Source: Malacoraja senta (Eukaryota). Taken from it: DNA of 64,000 nucleotides. Positions 1-12,206 of the stretch are shown piece by piece. The DNA is taken from NCBI GenBank assembly GCA_038087875.1, contig CM075990.1, positions 7,318,001 through 7,382,000 of the forward strand, written 5' to 3'. The notes under the pieces were generated by a model. The model had not been told where the DNA came from. It did not search any database and saw nothing but the letters and a program-made list of their open reading frames with translations. Each line of letters begins with the position of its first letter. The first letter of the stretch is position 1. Both the position numbers and the translations under genes were made by a program.

Positions 1-757
1 GTCTTTTTATGCTTTATCTGATGGGATAAATTACAGACTTGATTTTTTAAATCTCAAAATTTTGTAACATTGCTACATTAACGTCATTAAAGTCGCTTAA
101 ACACCTGGAATGCAATTTAAAATTATGATGATTTAATATACTAAATTGGTGACTTTTTAGATTGTATTTAACAGCTAACACATGGCTATCAGCAATGAGA
201 GAAGAGAGAAATTCTGATTGTTTAGATCAGAGGGCATGAAGACATGTGAATATTATACTGGAGGGGCAGCCACAGTTTTAGCTTCATGTATAAATAAGAC
301 TTCTCAATATGATAATCAGCGAAAGGAATTCTCCTTATCCTGACCATCTGAATTCCCACATTTTCTGGTGCTCTCGGCTAATTCACTATTTAGTGTTGCA
401 CTCACGAAATTTCCAGTTTACTGGTTCCATATTTGTGTTTCACCATTTATTGGTGTCCAGCCATAATTATTCCATTCATCGAGTTGTAATTCACCAATTT
501 ACTTGTTCTAATTGCGTTTACTTCAGCCCTCATTTCTCCATTCTCTGATCTTATGTATTGGTGTTCTCCCTTAATTTCTCCGTTGGTTATTCCTCTTACT
601 TGATAATAAATGATACCAAACTAGACTATTACTCAGTGGTCTTGTTTGCCCTTTGTGTCCTTCATTAGTTCCTCCATGTACTGATGCTCTCCAATGTTTC
701 CTCATTTCAAGTTTCCCTTCCCTTGTCTCCGCCATTACCACTGTTCCATCCAACCTT

Positions 758-932
758 TCAATAGACAATAGACAATAGGCAATAGGTGCAGGAGAAGGCC
801 ACTTGCCCCTTTGAGCCAGCACCACCATTCAATGTGATCATGGCTGATCATCCCCAATCAGTACCCCGTTCCTGCCTTCTCCCCATATCCCCTGATTCCG
901 CTATTTTTAAGAGCCCTATCTAGCTCTCTCTA
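758..932 (-). mobile_element. CR1/HER1-type LINE 3' tail fragment
   Basis: (caataga)n tail followed by the 'ccattcaatgtgatcatggctgatcatccccaatcagtaccccgttcctgccttctccccatatccc' block seen in many CR1 copies in this window. Confidence 0.8.
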
Positions 933-2835
933 GCTTTCCTCCTCTTTTCATTTTCCTAGACCTCTTTCCCAATTCCTATCTTTACTCCTATCCCATTCCT
1001 TTATACTCTCCCCTATTTTCTATTACGGGTGCACTATCGAAATCCACCTGCTTATTGTTGCCTTCCTTCACTTCTCTCATTGATCAGGTGCCTATCTTTA
1101 TTAGGACTTCTTTTTACTGCCATGTCTAATTCTCCAATTTTCTGTTTTCTTGGTTCCAATATTTAGTGTTTCTCGCATTTACTGCCACTTTCCCTATTTC
1201 ATACTGTCTTCCCACTATTCCCTAATTTCCCTATCAACCAGAGCCCTCCCCTGACCACTTACCCACTATTCCCCGTTCCTGCCTTCTCCCCATATTCCCT
1301 GACTCCGCTAAATAGACAAGAGGCATTTAAGAGGCTTGTAGGCAGAGGGAAGTGCAGGTATAGGCTGGCATTGTGTTTGGCAAAAATATTGACGGTCGAA
1401 GGGCCCATCGCTGGGCTGTTCTATGTTCTATACAGCTTCACAAATAGCTTCTTCCCAACTTCGATCACACTCTTCAACACTACAAATACCAATTAAATTA
1501 CAAACGGTTTTGGTTGCATTTGGGACCAGGCTTTTGTTTTGCACTAATATTGTTTTAATTTAAATGATGTAACTTTTTTGTTTATTTTGTTATCTATGAG
1601 TACCGTGTTTACAGAATTTCACCGTTCTGCACTCAGTATATATCACAATTAAATACCCTTGACTTCAATGGGCTGTTTTAACTTCTCCCATTATAAAGAG
1701 CTGACCAATCTCAGTCACCCAAATTCATTCTATTCTGAGTCACTAATCTGCGGTCCTGGACACTGGCACTTATTCCAGGTAGAAAAATAAAGGCTGAGCT
1801 TTCAATCAATGTAAACACTGAGTGCAATGCGCAGCATCAGCCACGGCTGAAAAATGGCCCAAAAATTAAATTCTATGTAAGACTGGGAACTGGAAAACAA
1901 TTCCTGCAAAGCACTCCCACAGGCAGAGTCAGGGACTGTGTGAAAGCTGAACCAATATATAAAAACATTCATTTGGGCACCAGCCATGGCCGCCCAATCC
2001 TTAAAGGACCATTTACTAGATTTAGTTCGATTTAGCTCTTAGGGCTAACGGAATCAAGGGATATGGGGAAAAAACAGGAATGGGGTACTGATTTTGGATG
2101 ATCAGCCATGATCATATTGAATGGCAGTGCTGGCTCGAAGGGCTGAATATTTTCCTATGGTCTATATTCAGCCCATATCATAATTAACTATAAGTTGAAT
2201 CTTTAAAGCAGCAGAGGTTAGACCTTAGAGAAATCGCTGTTAACATTTCTACCACATACATACCCAACTCGGGTGAAGTGAAATATGTTTTATACAGTGG
2301 ACAATAGACAATAGGTGCAGGAGTGGGCCATTTGGCCCTTCGAGCCAGCACCGCCATTCAATGTGATCATGGCTGATCATTCACAATCAGTACCCCGTTC
2401 CTGCCTTCTCCCCGTATCCCTTGACTCCTCTATCTTTAAGAGCGGAAAGGTTACACTGATGGGAAACTTCAGTGACTCAAAAACAAGTTAAATATCCACA
2501 GTAGCATCAGTCTAGACTGGACCTCTCAAAATATCAAATAGATTTCTAGATTTTAAGTCCAAAAGAAACAAACTTGGTAAACAGAAGAAAATCCTCAAAA
2601 CCTGGGGGAGCACTCATGGACTAGAGAGCAATATAGACATCGTAAAGAAAAAAGATAAGCGTAGCTATAAAGAGCACTATGAGATACACAGGCAATTAAA
2701 TACTACATTAAAAGCAAATGTACTGAAAATGCAAAAAGACAATAAATTCTAGTTAGAACCGAAAACAAAACATTTCATTCTGAAAATGTTTAAATACAGA
2801 AAGGAGAACAGGCACATTTAAGCCTTTTGAAAATC

Positions 2836-3830
2836 TGTAAGAGGGAACTGCAGATGCTGGTTTAAACTGAAGATAGACACAAAATGTTGGAGTAACTCAG
2901 CGGGACAGGCAGCATCTGTGGAGCGAAGGAATGGGTGACGTTTCGGGGTTGAGACCCTGCTTCAGACTAGAGTCGGGGAAAAAGGGAAACGAGAGACAGA
3001 TGATGATTAGCTTTCATAGCAAAAGGATTTGAGTATAGGAGCAGGGAGGTTCTACTGCAGTTGTACAGGGTCTTGGTGAGACCACACCTGGAGTATTGCG
3101 TACAGTTTTGGTCTCCAAATCTGAGGAAGGACATTATAGCCATAGAGGGAGTGCAGAGAAGGTTCACCAGACTGATTCCTGGGATGTCAGGACTTTCATA
3201 TGAAGAAAGACTGGATAGACTTGGCTTATACTCGCTAGAGTTTAGGAGATTGAGACGGGATCTTATAGAAACGTACAAAATTCTTATGGGGTTGGACAGG
3301 CTAGATGCAGGAAAATTGTTCCCGATGTTGGGGAAGTCCAGGACAAGGGGTCACAGCTTAAGGATAAGGGGGAAATCCTTTAAGACCGAGATGAGAAAAA
3401 ACGTTTTCACACAGAGAGTGGTGAATCTCTGGAACTCTCTGCCACAGAGGGTAGTTGAGGCCAGTTCATTGGCTATATTTAAGAGGGAGTTAGATGTGGC
3501 CCTTGTGGCTAAAGGGATCAGGGGGTATGGAGAGAAGGCAAGTACGGGATACTGAGTTGGATGATCAGCCATGATCATATTGAATGGCGGTGCAGGCTCG
3601 AAGGGCCGTATGGCCTACTCCTGCACCTATTTTATATGTATCTATGTATCTATGATGTAGAGATAGAACAAATGATTGAAAGATATGCAAAAAAATAACA
3701 ACGTTGAAGGAAACAGGCCAGTGTTAGCTGTTTGCTAGGTGAGAATGAGAAGCTGGTGCAACTTGGGTGGGGGAGGGATGGAGAGGGAGGGAATGCGGAG
3801 TTACCTGAAGTTAGAGAAATCAATATTCGT
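2836..3830 (-). mobile_element. Penelope-derived short repeat (3' repeat portion), interrupted by a CR1 copy
   Basis: Reverse complement of the 3' repeat of the Penelope-like element at 47240-48485; the sequence resumes at ~3656 after the CR1 insert. Confidence 0.7.
3006..3655 (+). mobile_element. CR1-clade LINE, 5'-truncated (ORF2 C-terminus + 3' UTR)
   Basis: ORF 3061-3555 LVRPHLEYCVQFWSP...RGHSLRI...RVVNLWNSLP is the typical CR1 ORF2 C-terminus; ends in a (tatc/tatg)n tail. Confidence 0.92.
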
Positions 3831-4406
3831 ACGACTATCTATTTAATCTATTCCCCAACATAACCAAATAGATCTGATCAATACCACGGGAGATTGTACC
3901 AGGAAGACCTACCGTGTTAGACTATGATGGGAAATTGTCTGGTATAAGCAAAATGCATTAATTAATTCCTGAATTCCTAGCACAGAGGCACCCCGGGATA
4001 TGCAAAACGGCGAGAGTGAATGCACTGACCAGAGAACAACTGATTTTCCTGAGGGAATTTGATGGTTGCAAACGCAAACCAAAGTTTCCGAACCCTTTCC
4101 TGGAGCATTGGGCCAAATGCATTGAAGAAGACAGCCCTCATGTTGTGCAATGAAGCCTTGAGATGTGTCAGGACAGTGGACAGGTGAAGATGCATGGGAC
4201 ACAATAAGCTCTTCCCATTATATTTGGAACTCCGGCACATGGCAAAGAGTGCCAAGGATATCAAACTTATGTTTCACAATGTTCCTGAGTATTTCTGAGA
4301 ATCAAAAATACCCTTACAAGCTATTAAAGATGACATAAACACTATTTATTCATTCTGAAGAAGGGCCTCGACCTGAAACGTCACCTTTTCTTTCTCTCCA
4401 GAGATA

Positions 4407-4890
4407 CAATAGACAATAGACAATAGGTGCAGGAGTCGGCCATTCGGCCCTTCGAGCCAGCACCACCATTCAATGTGATCATAGCTGATCATCCCCAATC
4501 AGTACCCCGTTCCTGCCTTCTCCCCATATCCCCTGACTCCGCTATTTTTAAGAGCCCTATCTAGCTTTCTCTTGAAAGCATCCAGAGAACCTGCCTCCAC
4601 CGCCCTCTGAGGCAGAGAATTCCACAGACTCACCACTCTCTGTGAGAAAAAGTGTTTCCTCGTTTCCATTCTAAATGGCTTACCCCATATTCTTAAAATG
4701 TGGCCCCTAGTTCTGGACTCGCCCAACATCGGGAACATGTTTCCTGCCTCTAGCGTGTCCAAACCCTTAACAATCTTATATGTTTCAATAAGATGCCCTC
4801 TCATCCTTCTAAACTCCAGAGTGTACAAGCCCAGCTGCTCCATTCTCTCAGCATATGACAGTCCTGCCATCCCGGGAATTAACCTTGTAA
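4407..4890 (-). mobile_element. CR1-clade LINE 3' fragment nested in a Penelope-derived short repeat (4352-4940)
   Basis: ORF 4499-4870 is a CR1 C-terminus; the flanks 'ctccagagatac' and 'ctgtctgacccactgcgttactccag' rejoin into the short repeat. Confidence 0.88.
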
Positions 4891-5234
4891 TACTGTCTGA
4901 CCCACTGCGTTACTCCAGTTTTTTCTGTCTATCTTCAGACTGAAGGGATTGTTGGGAGCTAGGTTGGAACGGTGGCCAAGTGGCCTCCATTTATGTTAAT
5001 ATAAGAGACCAAAAACCATTACTCCAGCATAAAGACCATGCATGGTGAAATTAGCTGAAGGAGCTTAGTCAGTCCTAAACTTCAGCAGAACCCCTGCAGA
5101 GAAAGCAACTGCAGATGCTGGTTTAAACTGGAGATAGACACAAGGAGCTGGAATAACTCAGAGTGACAGGCGGATCTCTGGAGAGAAGGAATGGGTGACG
5201 TCTGTCCATAAAATTCCTGATAGTTGCCAGAAAC

Positions 5235-5369
5235 AAGTTCACGTTCACAAATTATAGTAGAATTAGGCCATTCGGCCCATCGACTGCCATTCAGTCATGG
5301 CTGATCTCTGCCTCCTAATCCCATTTTCCTGCCTTCTCCCCATAACCCTTGACACCCGTTCTAATCAAG
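5235..5369 (-). mobile_element. CR1 3' tail, left part of the DIRS target site
   Basis: 'ctaatcaagaa' continues as 'tttgtctatctctgccttaaaaatatcc' at 10252; compare the uninterrupted paralog at 12670-12710. Confidence 0.85.
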
Positions 5370-5598
5370 AATAGTAAGATTAAACGAGAACTTACCAGTT
5401 TGAAGTTTGATCTTTATTTTATGAGGAGTTACGTTGGTGATTACGTGAAGAACCCCGTCAGGGCGCATGCGCATCAATCTTCAAAGCAGCGGTATGAAAT
5501 CACAGACAAAACCATAATTGAAGTAACATATTAAGATGATCAACATGAGAACTACCATTATGACCTTTTTTCTATGAGAGAGGGTTGGGCGTGGCGGG

Positions 5599-5710
5599 CA
5601 CGTAATCACCAACGTAACTCCTCATAAAATAAAGATCAAACTTCAAACTGGTAAATTCTCGTTTAATCTTACTATTTTACTTCGGAGTCACGTGAGTGAC
5701 TACGTGAAGA
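5599..5710. repeat. DIRS internal complementary region (ICR)
   Basis: 5599-5676 is the reverse complement of the left terminus 5370-5447; it joins directly to 5677-5710, the reverse complement of the right terminus (~10216-10249). Confidence 0.93.
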
Positions 5711-5921
5711 TTTTAAAGCTCTGTGATTTTTATGCCGCAGATCAAAATCCCGGCTTCTCACTGCATCGATTGACTCTGAGTATCATCAATAATGCTGTAA
5801 ACATGACATTGCATATCATGCAAAAACAAAACAGTTTTATTTTTGGTCATAAAACAACCAATAAACCCTCTTAATGTAGGGCAACAAACGAAACAGAATG
5901 AAACAGTATTAAAAACAGACT

Positions 5922-6870
5922 TTAAACAATAGCAACAGCACTCAATATTGAGTTGGCAAACAGCCCTCCATCGGCAATCGGCCGATGGTAGTATTGCTGA
6001 AACACAAGTTCCTTTTTCCAACCTGCGGCTTTTAATATATGGTCGATGGGAACGTCCATCGCCCTGGCCGCAGATGTTGCTACTGCGCTAGTGGAATGAG
6101 ATGTAAACACATAAATGTTAATTCCTGCCTGAACCAACTCTTGCTTTAACCACCTTGAGATAGTCTGAACTGCCACTCTTTTATGTTGGCTTCTTGTAAC
6201 TGACAAATAATCCTGTTTCTTCTTGTCTTAAAGCCCTTGTGGCTTCAATGTAATGTAACAAATGTGTCCTTACACATAAACATGGAGCTGTAGGATATGC
6301 TGAGAACACAATCTTAAAACCTGTCACACCTGGCGTGCTTTGTTTGAGCAGGTCAGAAATATAAAACAGAACATTCTCTGTATTCACTTCCATTCTCTCA
6401 AACTGAAGTTTTTTGGAAAGTCTGCACTCTCTGTACTGACACCAATGCGATTAGCATAGCCAATTTCATGGTTAATTTTAACAAAGTTATAGCCGTGACA
6501 GGGACCCAATGACGAAGTATGTTACAAACAACGCTTACCTCGCAGATTACCATATACCTAGGCTTAGGCGGTTTGGAATTAGATTCCTTTCATCAACCTA
6601 GATATGAGAGGGTGAGAACCTATACTTTGTGTCCGTGTACCTATTACAAGATATGCCGACCAAGCACTTCTAGCTGTATTGATAGCAGTATAGCTAAGAC
6701 CCTCATCATAATAAAGTGTAGATAAACTCTAACACATTTTCAATAACTACAGTATCATATTGAATATTCTTTTGAACACAATATTGTTCCCATTTTTTTT
6801 TTTTTTTTTCCATAAGTCATATACTGTTTTTGAGTAATGTTTCTCCAGGCTGCAGTGAGTATATCCACTG
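5922..6870 (-). pseudogene. DIRS tyrosine recombinase (phage-integrase family), frameshifted
   Basis: Fragments include GLSYTAINTARSA, LLKQSTPG, CLCVRTHLLHYIEAT and FTSHSTSAVATS...AAGWKKELVFQQYYHRPI; HxxR is mutated to HSTS, GW and the catalytic Tyr are retained. Confidence 0.9.
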
Positions 6871-6999
6871 TTGGCCTAGAAAGTCCTCGACCAATGTAAG
6901 GCATTCTTAAAACCTGCAAATTAACAGATCCATACCATCACATAACGGATGAACTTAATGCGTTACTGGATGCTCCAGCAAATTCCTACTGTTTGGAAT

Positions 7000-7270
7000 C
7001 AGCAAAAAGAGGTTGGATCGCTATCTGTAACATCAAAGGGAACCATGGTTGAATCAGGCAATTTGGTATCACCAAAACCCCTGAAGCGGCATCCTGCTTG
7101 ATTTTCTCAAACACCGACCTATGTGGCAGAATGGTGGGAAAATGTACACAAACATATCATCCCAATTTAGTGAAAAAGCATCAATTGCCACTGCCCCTGG
7201 ATCTGGTGCCTATGAAACATATTTTGGCCTTCCATATAGAAGTACTATGTTCTTGAACACATCCTGGTTC
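7000..7270 (-). pseudogene. DIRS DNA N6-adenine methyltransferase-like domain
   Basis: Manual translation YVS*APDPGAVAIDAFSLNWDDMFVYIFPPFCHIGRCLRKIKQDAASGVLVIPNCLIQPWFP matches the DAF..W..Y.FPP..WFP pattern of DIRS1 MT domains. Confidence 0.85.
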
Positions 7271-8604
7271 CACATCCACTCTGTGTTATGATGGAATTTT
7301 CGTGAGCTGCCATCTGGTACTACATTAAGTTTCCCTGGCAGATAGATAGCTCCAATCCAAATCTCTCTATTTGCCAACCTGTGACATGATAACGATTTGA
7401 TTCCACCCATGTGATTCATATCAGCAACTGCTGTAGTGTTGTCTATTTTGCACTGCACATGCAAACTAGTTTAGTTAGTGCCATAAGGCTTGAGTCCATA
7501 AAATACTCTTGGTTAATTCCCCATGTTTGCAGAAGCAATGTTCATCTGTCTCCACCGCTGGATCTTGTATCAGTAGCACCCTACCCAAGTGCTCTGACAT
7601 CTGTCTGCAAATCATGGAAGCTTGGTCCAATAACACTTTGGAGCTACTAGTGGATACATGCTGAATCCACCATTGTACATCAGCAACAGCCTCTATTGAT
7701 AGAAGCATAGGTCTATTATAATGACCCCAATGTATCCTCAATGCTTGTTCCTTTGACCTTTGTAATTGTAGATAATAAAGTGGCCATATTGAACTGCTGG
7801 AAATGCTGCCAGCCATTACCACAGCAGACTTGTCACCTGGCTAATTGAAGGCTGTGTGTCAGCAATTAACTTGATATAGCTCTTAATTAGCTGTACCCTT
7901 TTTTGCCTGGGCAAGGTCACAATGATGTTGATTAAGTCCATTGTGAACCCAACTTGTCAATTTGTGTCACAGGTATAAATTTAGATTTCTCTGGATAGCT
8001 TATAAAGCCCAATTAAAAAATGGTTTATACCAACTGCCACTGATGCTTCAGCTGTTTCCTTTGATTGTCCTACAATCAAGATATTATCTAGCTAAGCCAT
8101 GAGCACATGACCTTGACTTCTCATCATGCCTAGAATAGGTTTTAACAACTTTGTAATCCCTCTAGGAGCTGAAGAGAAACCATTAGGCAGTGGATTGTAT
8201 TGGCATAATTGCCCCATCCAGCTGAATTTTAAATCTTCTATCCTGCAAATGAACAGACACTGAATCCGCATCTTTAAGATCTCCTTCACAAACGTTTCCA
8301 TCTTAAAATGTCTATACCGTACAAAAGGGTTAAGACTATTCAGGTCCGTATAATTTTGCATCCCCCCATCCTTTTTTGGTCTGGGAAAGATATTGGACAC
8401 AAACTGATGGCTTTGGTAAACTGCCTTAGCAATTACACCTTTATTACATAAGCTTGCAAGTTCCAGCTGAACTTCCAATTGTTCAGTGATACTGAAGTCA
8501 AACTCCTTTTTTGGAACATGTTGCCTGGGTAAATCAGAATTTGCATTAAGCTTTATTCGATGCCCTTGAATAACCTTCAGTATAAACATATCTGAGGTAA
8601 ACAT
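7271..8604 (-). pseudogene. DIRS reverse transcriptase / RNase H, disrupted
   Basis: FVSNIFPRPKKDGG..DLNSLNPFVRYRHFKMET, LPNGFSSAPR, YLDD degraded to *LDN (~8083-8094), RNaseH DNTTAVA..N.MGG and YLPGKLNV.PD. Confidence 0.9.
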
Positions 8605-8699
8605 TTAATTGTATCACATTAGATCTGTCTACATGAGAACCAGACCCTCTTACCTCCTTACCACCTGGCATTCTTCCCCAGCCTTGAGCTGGATATCTC

Positions 8700-10144
8700 A
8701 CCTCCGTGGCGGTGCTACAGCCGAACGCCAACTGCGCTGCATCGTAGCTGGACTCGTCCCTTGCCCGGACCAGTCTGCTCCCTTATAGGGATACTTCCGC
8801 TTTGGTGAATACGTGGCTGCCGTCTTAGCCTCCTCCTCCAGCTCCTTCACCTGCTGTGCGAAATCCTCGCCAAACAGCTGTGCCGGTTGCACTGTGCCAG
8901 GCTGGCAGAGTGAAGCATATTTAGCATTGATGGTTGGTCTAATCGCATCTTGCGGAGGCAGTTGATCTCAAAGTGGGCACTCCACAATAGCGCCTTTTGT
9001 TGTAATTTGTCATGGCCTCTCCATCCACCATCCTGGCAAAGCTCGTTATACCAGATGCCAGCAACTTTAAAATATGCTGGAGCTTCACATGCTCCTGGGC
9101 TTTCATTAGTATGCCCATCTTGCCCCAATTCTTCCTGTTCCCAACAGGAACTTTTAACAGTCCACAGTTGATTGGGGCTTCATACTTCATTACTGTCTCA
9201 TCCATTGTCAGCTTCTGTAGCTGATGTGAGACTTGGTAATTTATGCTGGTGGCAAGTTCCTCACCCAGAGGCTCACCAGCGTCCGACGACATGGCAAACC
9301 GTGCTGCACACGGTGTCAGCTCTGACAGCTGCCTGCCCTACCTTTGGAAGTCGTCGGACTCAGGGTCAGAGCGTATCTGCCCTTCTGCACTCACCTCTTG
9401 CAAAGAGGGTGCTTTCAAGCAGGCCTCTACTAGGCACTGCCAGCGGAGCCGTCCCCACAGCCTCCCGCCTGCACAACTCCTCCTGGAGTATGGCTTTATG
9501 AAGCAGACCTCTCCTAGGCACTGCCAGCGGAGCCTTCCCTATGGCTTCCCGCCTGCACAACTCCTCCTGGAGTGTGGCTTTATGAAGCAGACCTCTCCTA
9601 GGCACTGCCAGCGGAGCCTTCCCTATGGCTTCCCGCCTGCACAACTCCTCCTGGAGTGTGGCTTTATGAAGCAGGCCTCTCCTAGGCACTGCCAGCGGAG
9701 CCTTCCCTATGGCTTCCCTCCTGCACTACTCCTCCTGGAGCGTCTCTGTGGAGCAGCCCCTGTATGAGCTGCTCCTTTTGGATAACCGCTGGGGAACGGT
9801 ATCCTGTCCCCGACGGGACTCTCGTGGCCCGACTCTGCGGAGTCTATAGCCCTGACAGACTTAGCTTATGCCGACCGCCCGACTGGCGTTGGCTGTGTAC
9901 CCGGCTGGGCACTTTGCCAAGTCTGTCGCCGCACCGCTACTGGCTTGCGACTCCCCCGAGGTGACAGGCTGCCTTTCAGAGACTGCGTCCCGCAGCTCTC
10001 TCTCTCCTTGTCGGCAGCAGCCTGCACCTTTTCCTTGTTCCTGTATGTGGGGGAAAAAGAACACAGAAACACTTTCTTACTTTTCTCTAACTCCTCCAAA
10101 GTCTCCCCGACTTTGGTGGAGCTGTAATTACTCATGTGCAGCAA
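8700..10144 (-). pseudogene. DIRS gag-like ORF1 remnant
   Basis: Lies upstream of RT; fragments KYEAPINCGLLKVP, HFEINCLRKMR, QLFGEDFAQQVKELEE resemble DIRS ORF1. Confidence 0.65.
9410..9741. repeat. 84-bp tandem repeat, about 4 copies, inside DIRS ORF1
   Basis: 'ttatgaagcag' recurs at 9496, 9580 and 9664; encodes the 28-aa repeat ATLQEELCRREAIGKAPLAVPRRGLLHK on the minus strand. Confidence 0.95.
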
Positions 10145-10252
10145 GAGCTCCGAGCTCCCGCTGCCGTTGTCGCCAATGCGTCAGACGTAATGACGCGCAT
10201 GCGCCCTGACGGGGTTCTTCACGTAGTCACTCACGTTACTCCGAAGTAAAAT

Positions 10253-10650
10253 TTGTCTATCTCTGCCTTAAAAATATCCAATGACTTGGCCTCCACAGCC
10301 CTCTGTGGCAATGAGTTCCACAGATTAACTACCCTCTAACTAAAGAAGTTTCTTCTCACCTCGTTTCTAAAAGAGCACCCTTTAATTCTGAGGCTATGAC
10401 CTCTGGTCCTAGACTCTCCCACCAGTGGAAACTCCTCTCAACATCCACTATATCTATGCCTTTCATTATTCTGTAAGTTTCAATGAGGTCCCCCCTCAAC
10501 CTTTTAAACTCCAGCGAGTGGAGGCCCAGTGCTGTCAAATGCTTATCATATGCGAACCCACTCATTCCTGGGATCATTCTTGTAAACCTCCTCTGGACCC
10601 TCTCCAGGGCCAGCACATCCTTCCTCAGATATGGGGCCCAAATTTGCTCA
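10253..10650 (-). mobile_element. CR1 LINE 3' fragment, right part of the DIRS target
   Basis: WAPYLRKDVLALERVQRRFTRMIPG within ORF 10356-10760. Confidence 0.88.
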
Positions 10651-11162
10651 CAGAAGCGACGTTGCCTCGCATAATTCCCTCTCACACTGTGTGTTCCCCT
10701 CGATGCTGTGACATAAGTCATGGATTGCTTTGGCTGCATTGTCAGGCATTCTGGTAACATCAGATTTATAAGTGGACCACAGTGCTGGACAGAGGTAGGA
10801 TTCTCCCTCTGGAGACGGGCATCTCAATTCCAAACTGCTTAACCTATCCACAAAAAGTGCAAACTAAAATGATTGCTTTGAGAATTATTTTCACAAATCC
10901 ACAATGCAAATGCTGTGGATATTAAGATAGACATTCACATTTTGCGCACAGCTCTCAAGGTACCAAACAAGTTTTAGAAATAGAAATATCTGAAAAAAGT
11001 ATTAATATAAAATATTCATTAACCCTCCCGTGCCTTTATATTTTAAGGAAATATATTTGATAAATTCACCACATAAATTGATTGATTAATTCGAAGATAC
11101 AACATGGAAACGGCCTTCCAAGTCCACGTTGATCATCGATCACCCATTCACACTTTGATACA

Positions 11163-11790
11163 AAGTCAAGTCAAGTCACTTTTATTTCTATAGCACATTT
11201 AAAAAACAACTCTCGTTGGCCAAAGTGCTTTACATTGGTGGAGGTACTAACGTTATACAACAGTGGTTCATAGATTAAGTACAGACATAAATACATACAT
11301 ATAGCCCTCCCTCAGAGGACGTCAAGAAAGGCTTGAGAGTAAAGATGAGTTTTAAGTCTCGACTTATAGGAGTCGATGGAGGGGGCAGTTCAGATGGGAA
11401 GAGGGATGCTGTTCCACAGTCTAGGTGCTGCAACCACAAAGGCACGGTCACCCCTGAGCTTATGCCAAGATGGTCAGTAGCCCCAAGTCGGCCGATCTGA
11501 GGGACCTGGAGGTGGTGTGGTGGGTAAGCAGACTTTTGATGTAGGTGGGGACAAGCCCGTTAAGGGCTTTGTAAACATAAAGAAGGATCTTGAAATTTAT
11601 TCGGAACCGCACAGGGAGCCAGTGGAGAGGGGCCAGGATCGGGGTGATGTGGTCCCTTTTTCGGGTGCCCGTCAGGAGTCTCGCTGCGGCGTTTTGGACC
11701 AGTTGCAGGCGGGACAGGGAAGATTGGCTGATGCCAGTGTAAAGGGAGTTGCAGTAATCGAGGCGGGAGGAGATAAATGTCTGAGTCAGT
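11163..11790 (-). mobile_element. L2-clade LINE 3' fragment
   Basis: Manual minus-strand translation SRLDYCNSLYTGISQSSLSRLQLVQNAAARLLTGTRKRDHITPILAPLHWLPVRFRI; (cttga)n tail with 'tgtgctatagaaataaaa'. Confidence 0.88.
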
Positions 11791-12061
11791 TGAAAGATTA
11801 CAAAAAGTGGTGAATGATTACGAAAAGTGGTCCATCAAAGGCCCAGATTTCCCCACCATCGAACAGATCTATTGGAGATACTGCCTTAAAAAGGCAGCCA
11901 GCTTCATCAAGAACCCACACCACCCTGGCCACTCTCATTTCACTCCTGCCACCGAGAAGAAATATGAGTCCAAAAAACATGATCACCTGGATCAATAACA
12001 ACCTTTCTTCCCAACAACCGTCAGGCTCTTGAACACTGCAAACACCAACTAAACTGTAGAT

Positions 12062-12206
12062 GGACACAAAAAGCTGGAGTAACTCACCGGGACAGGCAGC
12101 ATCTCTGGAGAGAAGGAATGGGTGACGTTTCTACCCGAAACGTCACCCATTCCTTCTCTCCAGAGATGCTGCCTGGCCCGCTGAGTTACTCCAGCTTTTT
12201 GCGTGT
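12062..12206. repeat. Head-to-head inverted pair of the Penelope-derived short repeat
   Basis: ~70-bp arms 'aagctggagtaactca...gggtgacgtttc' and 'gaaacgtcaccc...tgagttactccagctt' around a 5-nt loop. Confidence 0.9.

Larger units (their letters stand above)
5370..10252 (-). mobile_element. Full-length DIRS1-type tyrosine-recombinase retrotransposon (inactivated)
   Basis: Inverted termini (5442-5472 vs 10195-10225), ICR at 5599-5710 complementary to both ends, and gag-RT-RNaseH-MT-YR remnants in DIRS order on the minus strand. Confidence 0.95.

Noticed and set aside
5922..7270. Prophage or bacterial contamination suggested by the integrase and Dam-like domains
   Set aside because: Both domains sit within DIRS architecture and are flanked by vertebrate LINE sequence
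10041..10131. Possible intron in the DIRS 5' region (gtaatt...cccccacatacag, minus)
   Set aside because: Splicing gives an early stop in this copy; cannot be supported without a family consensus
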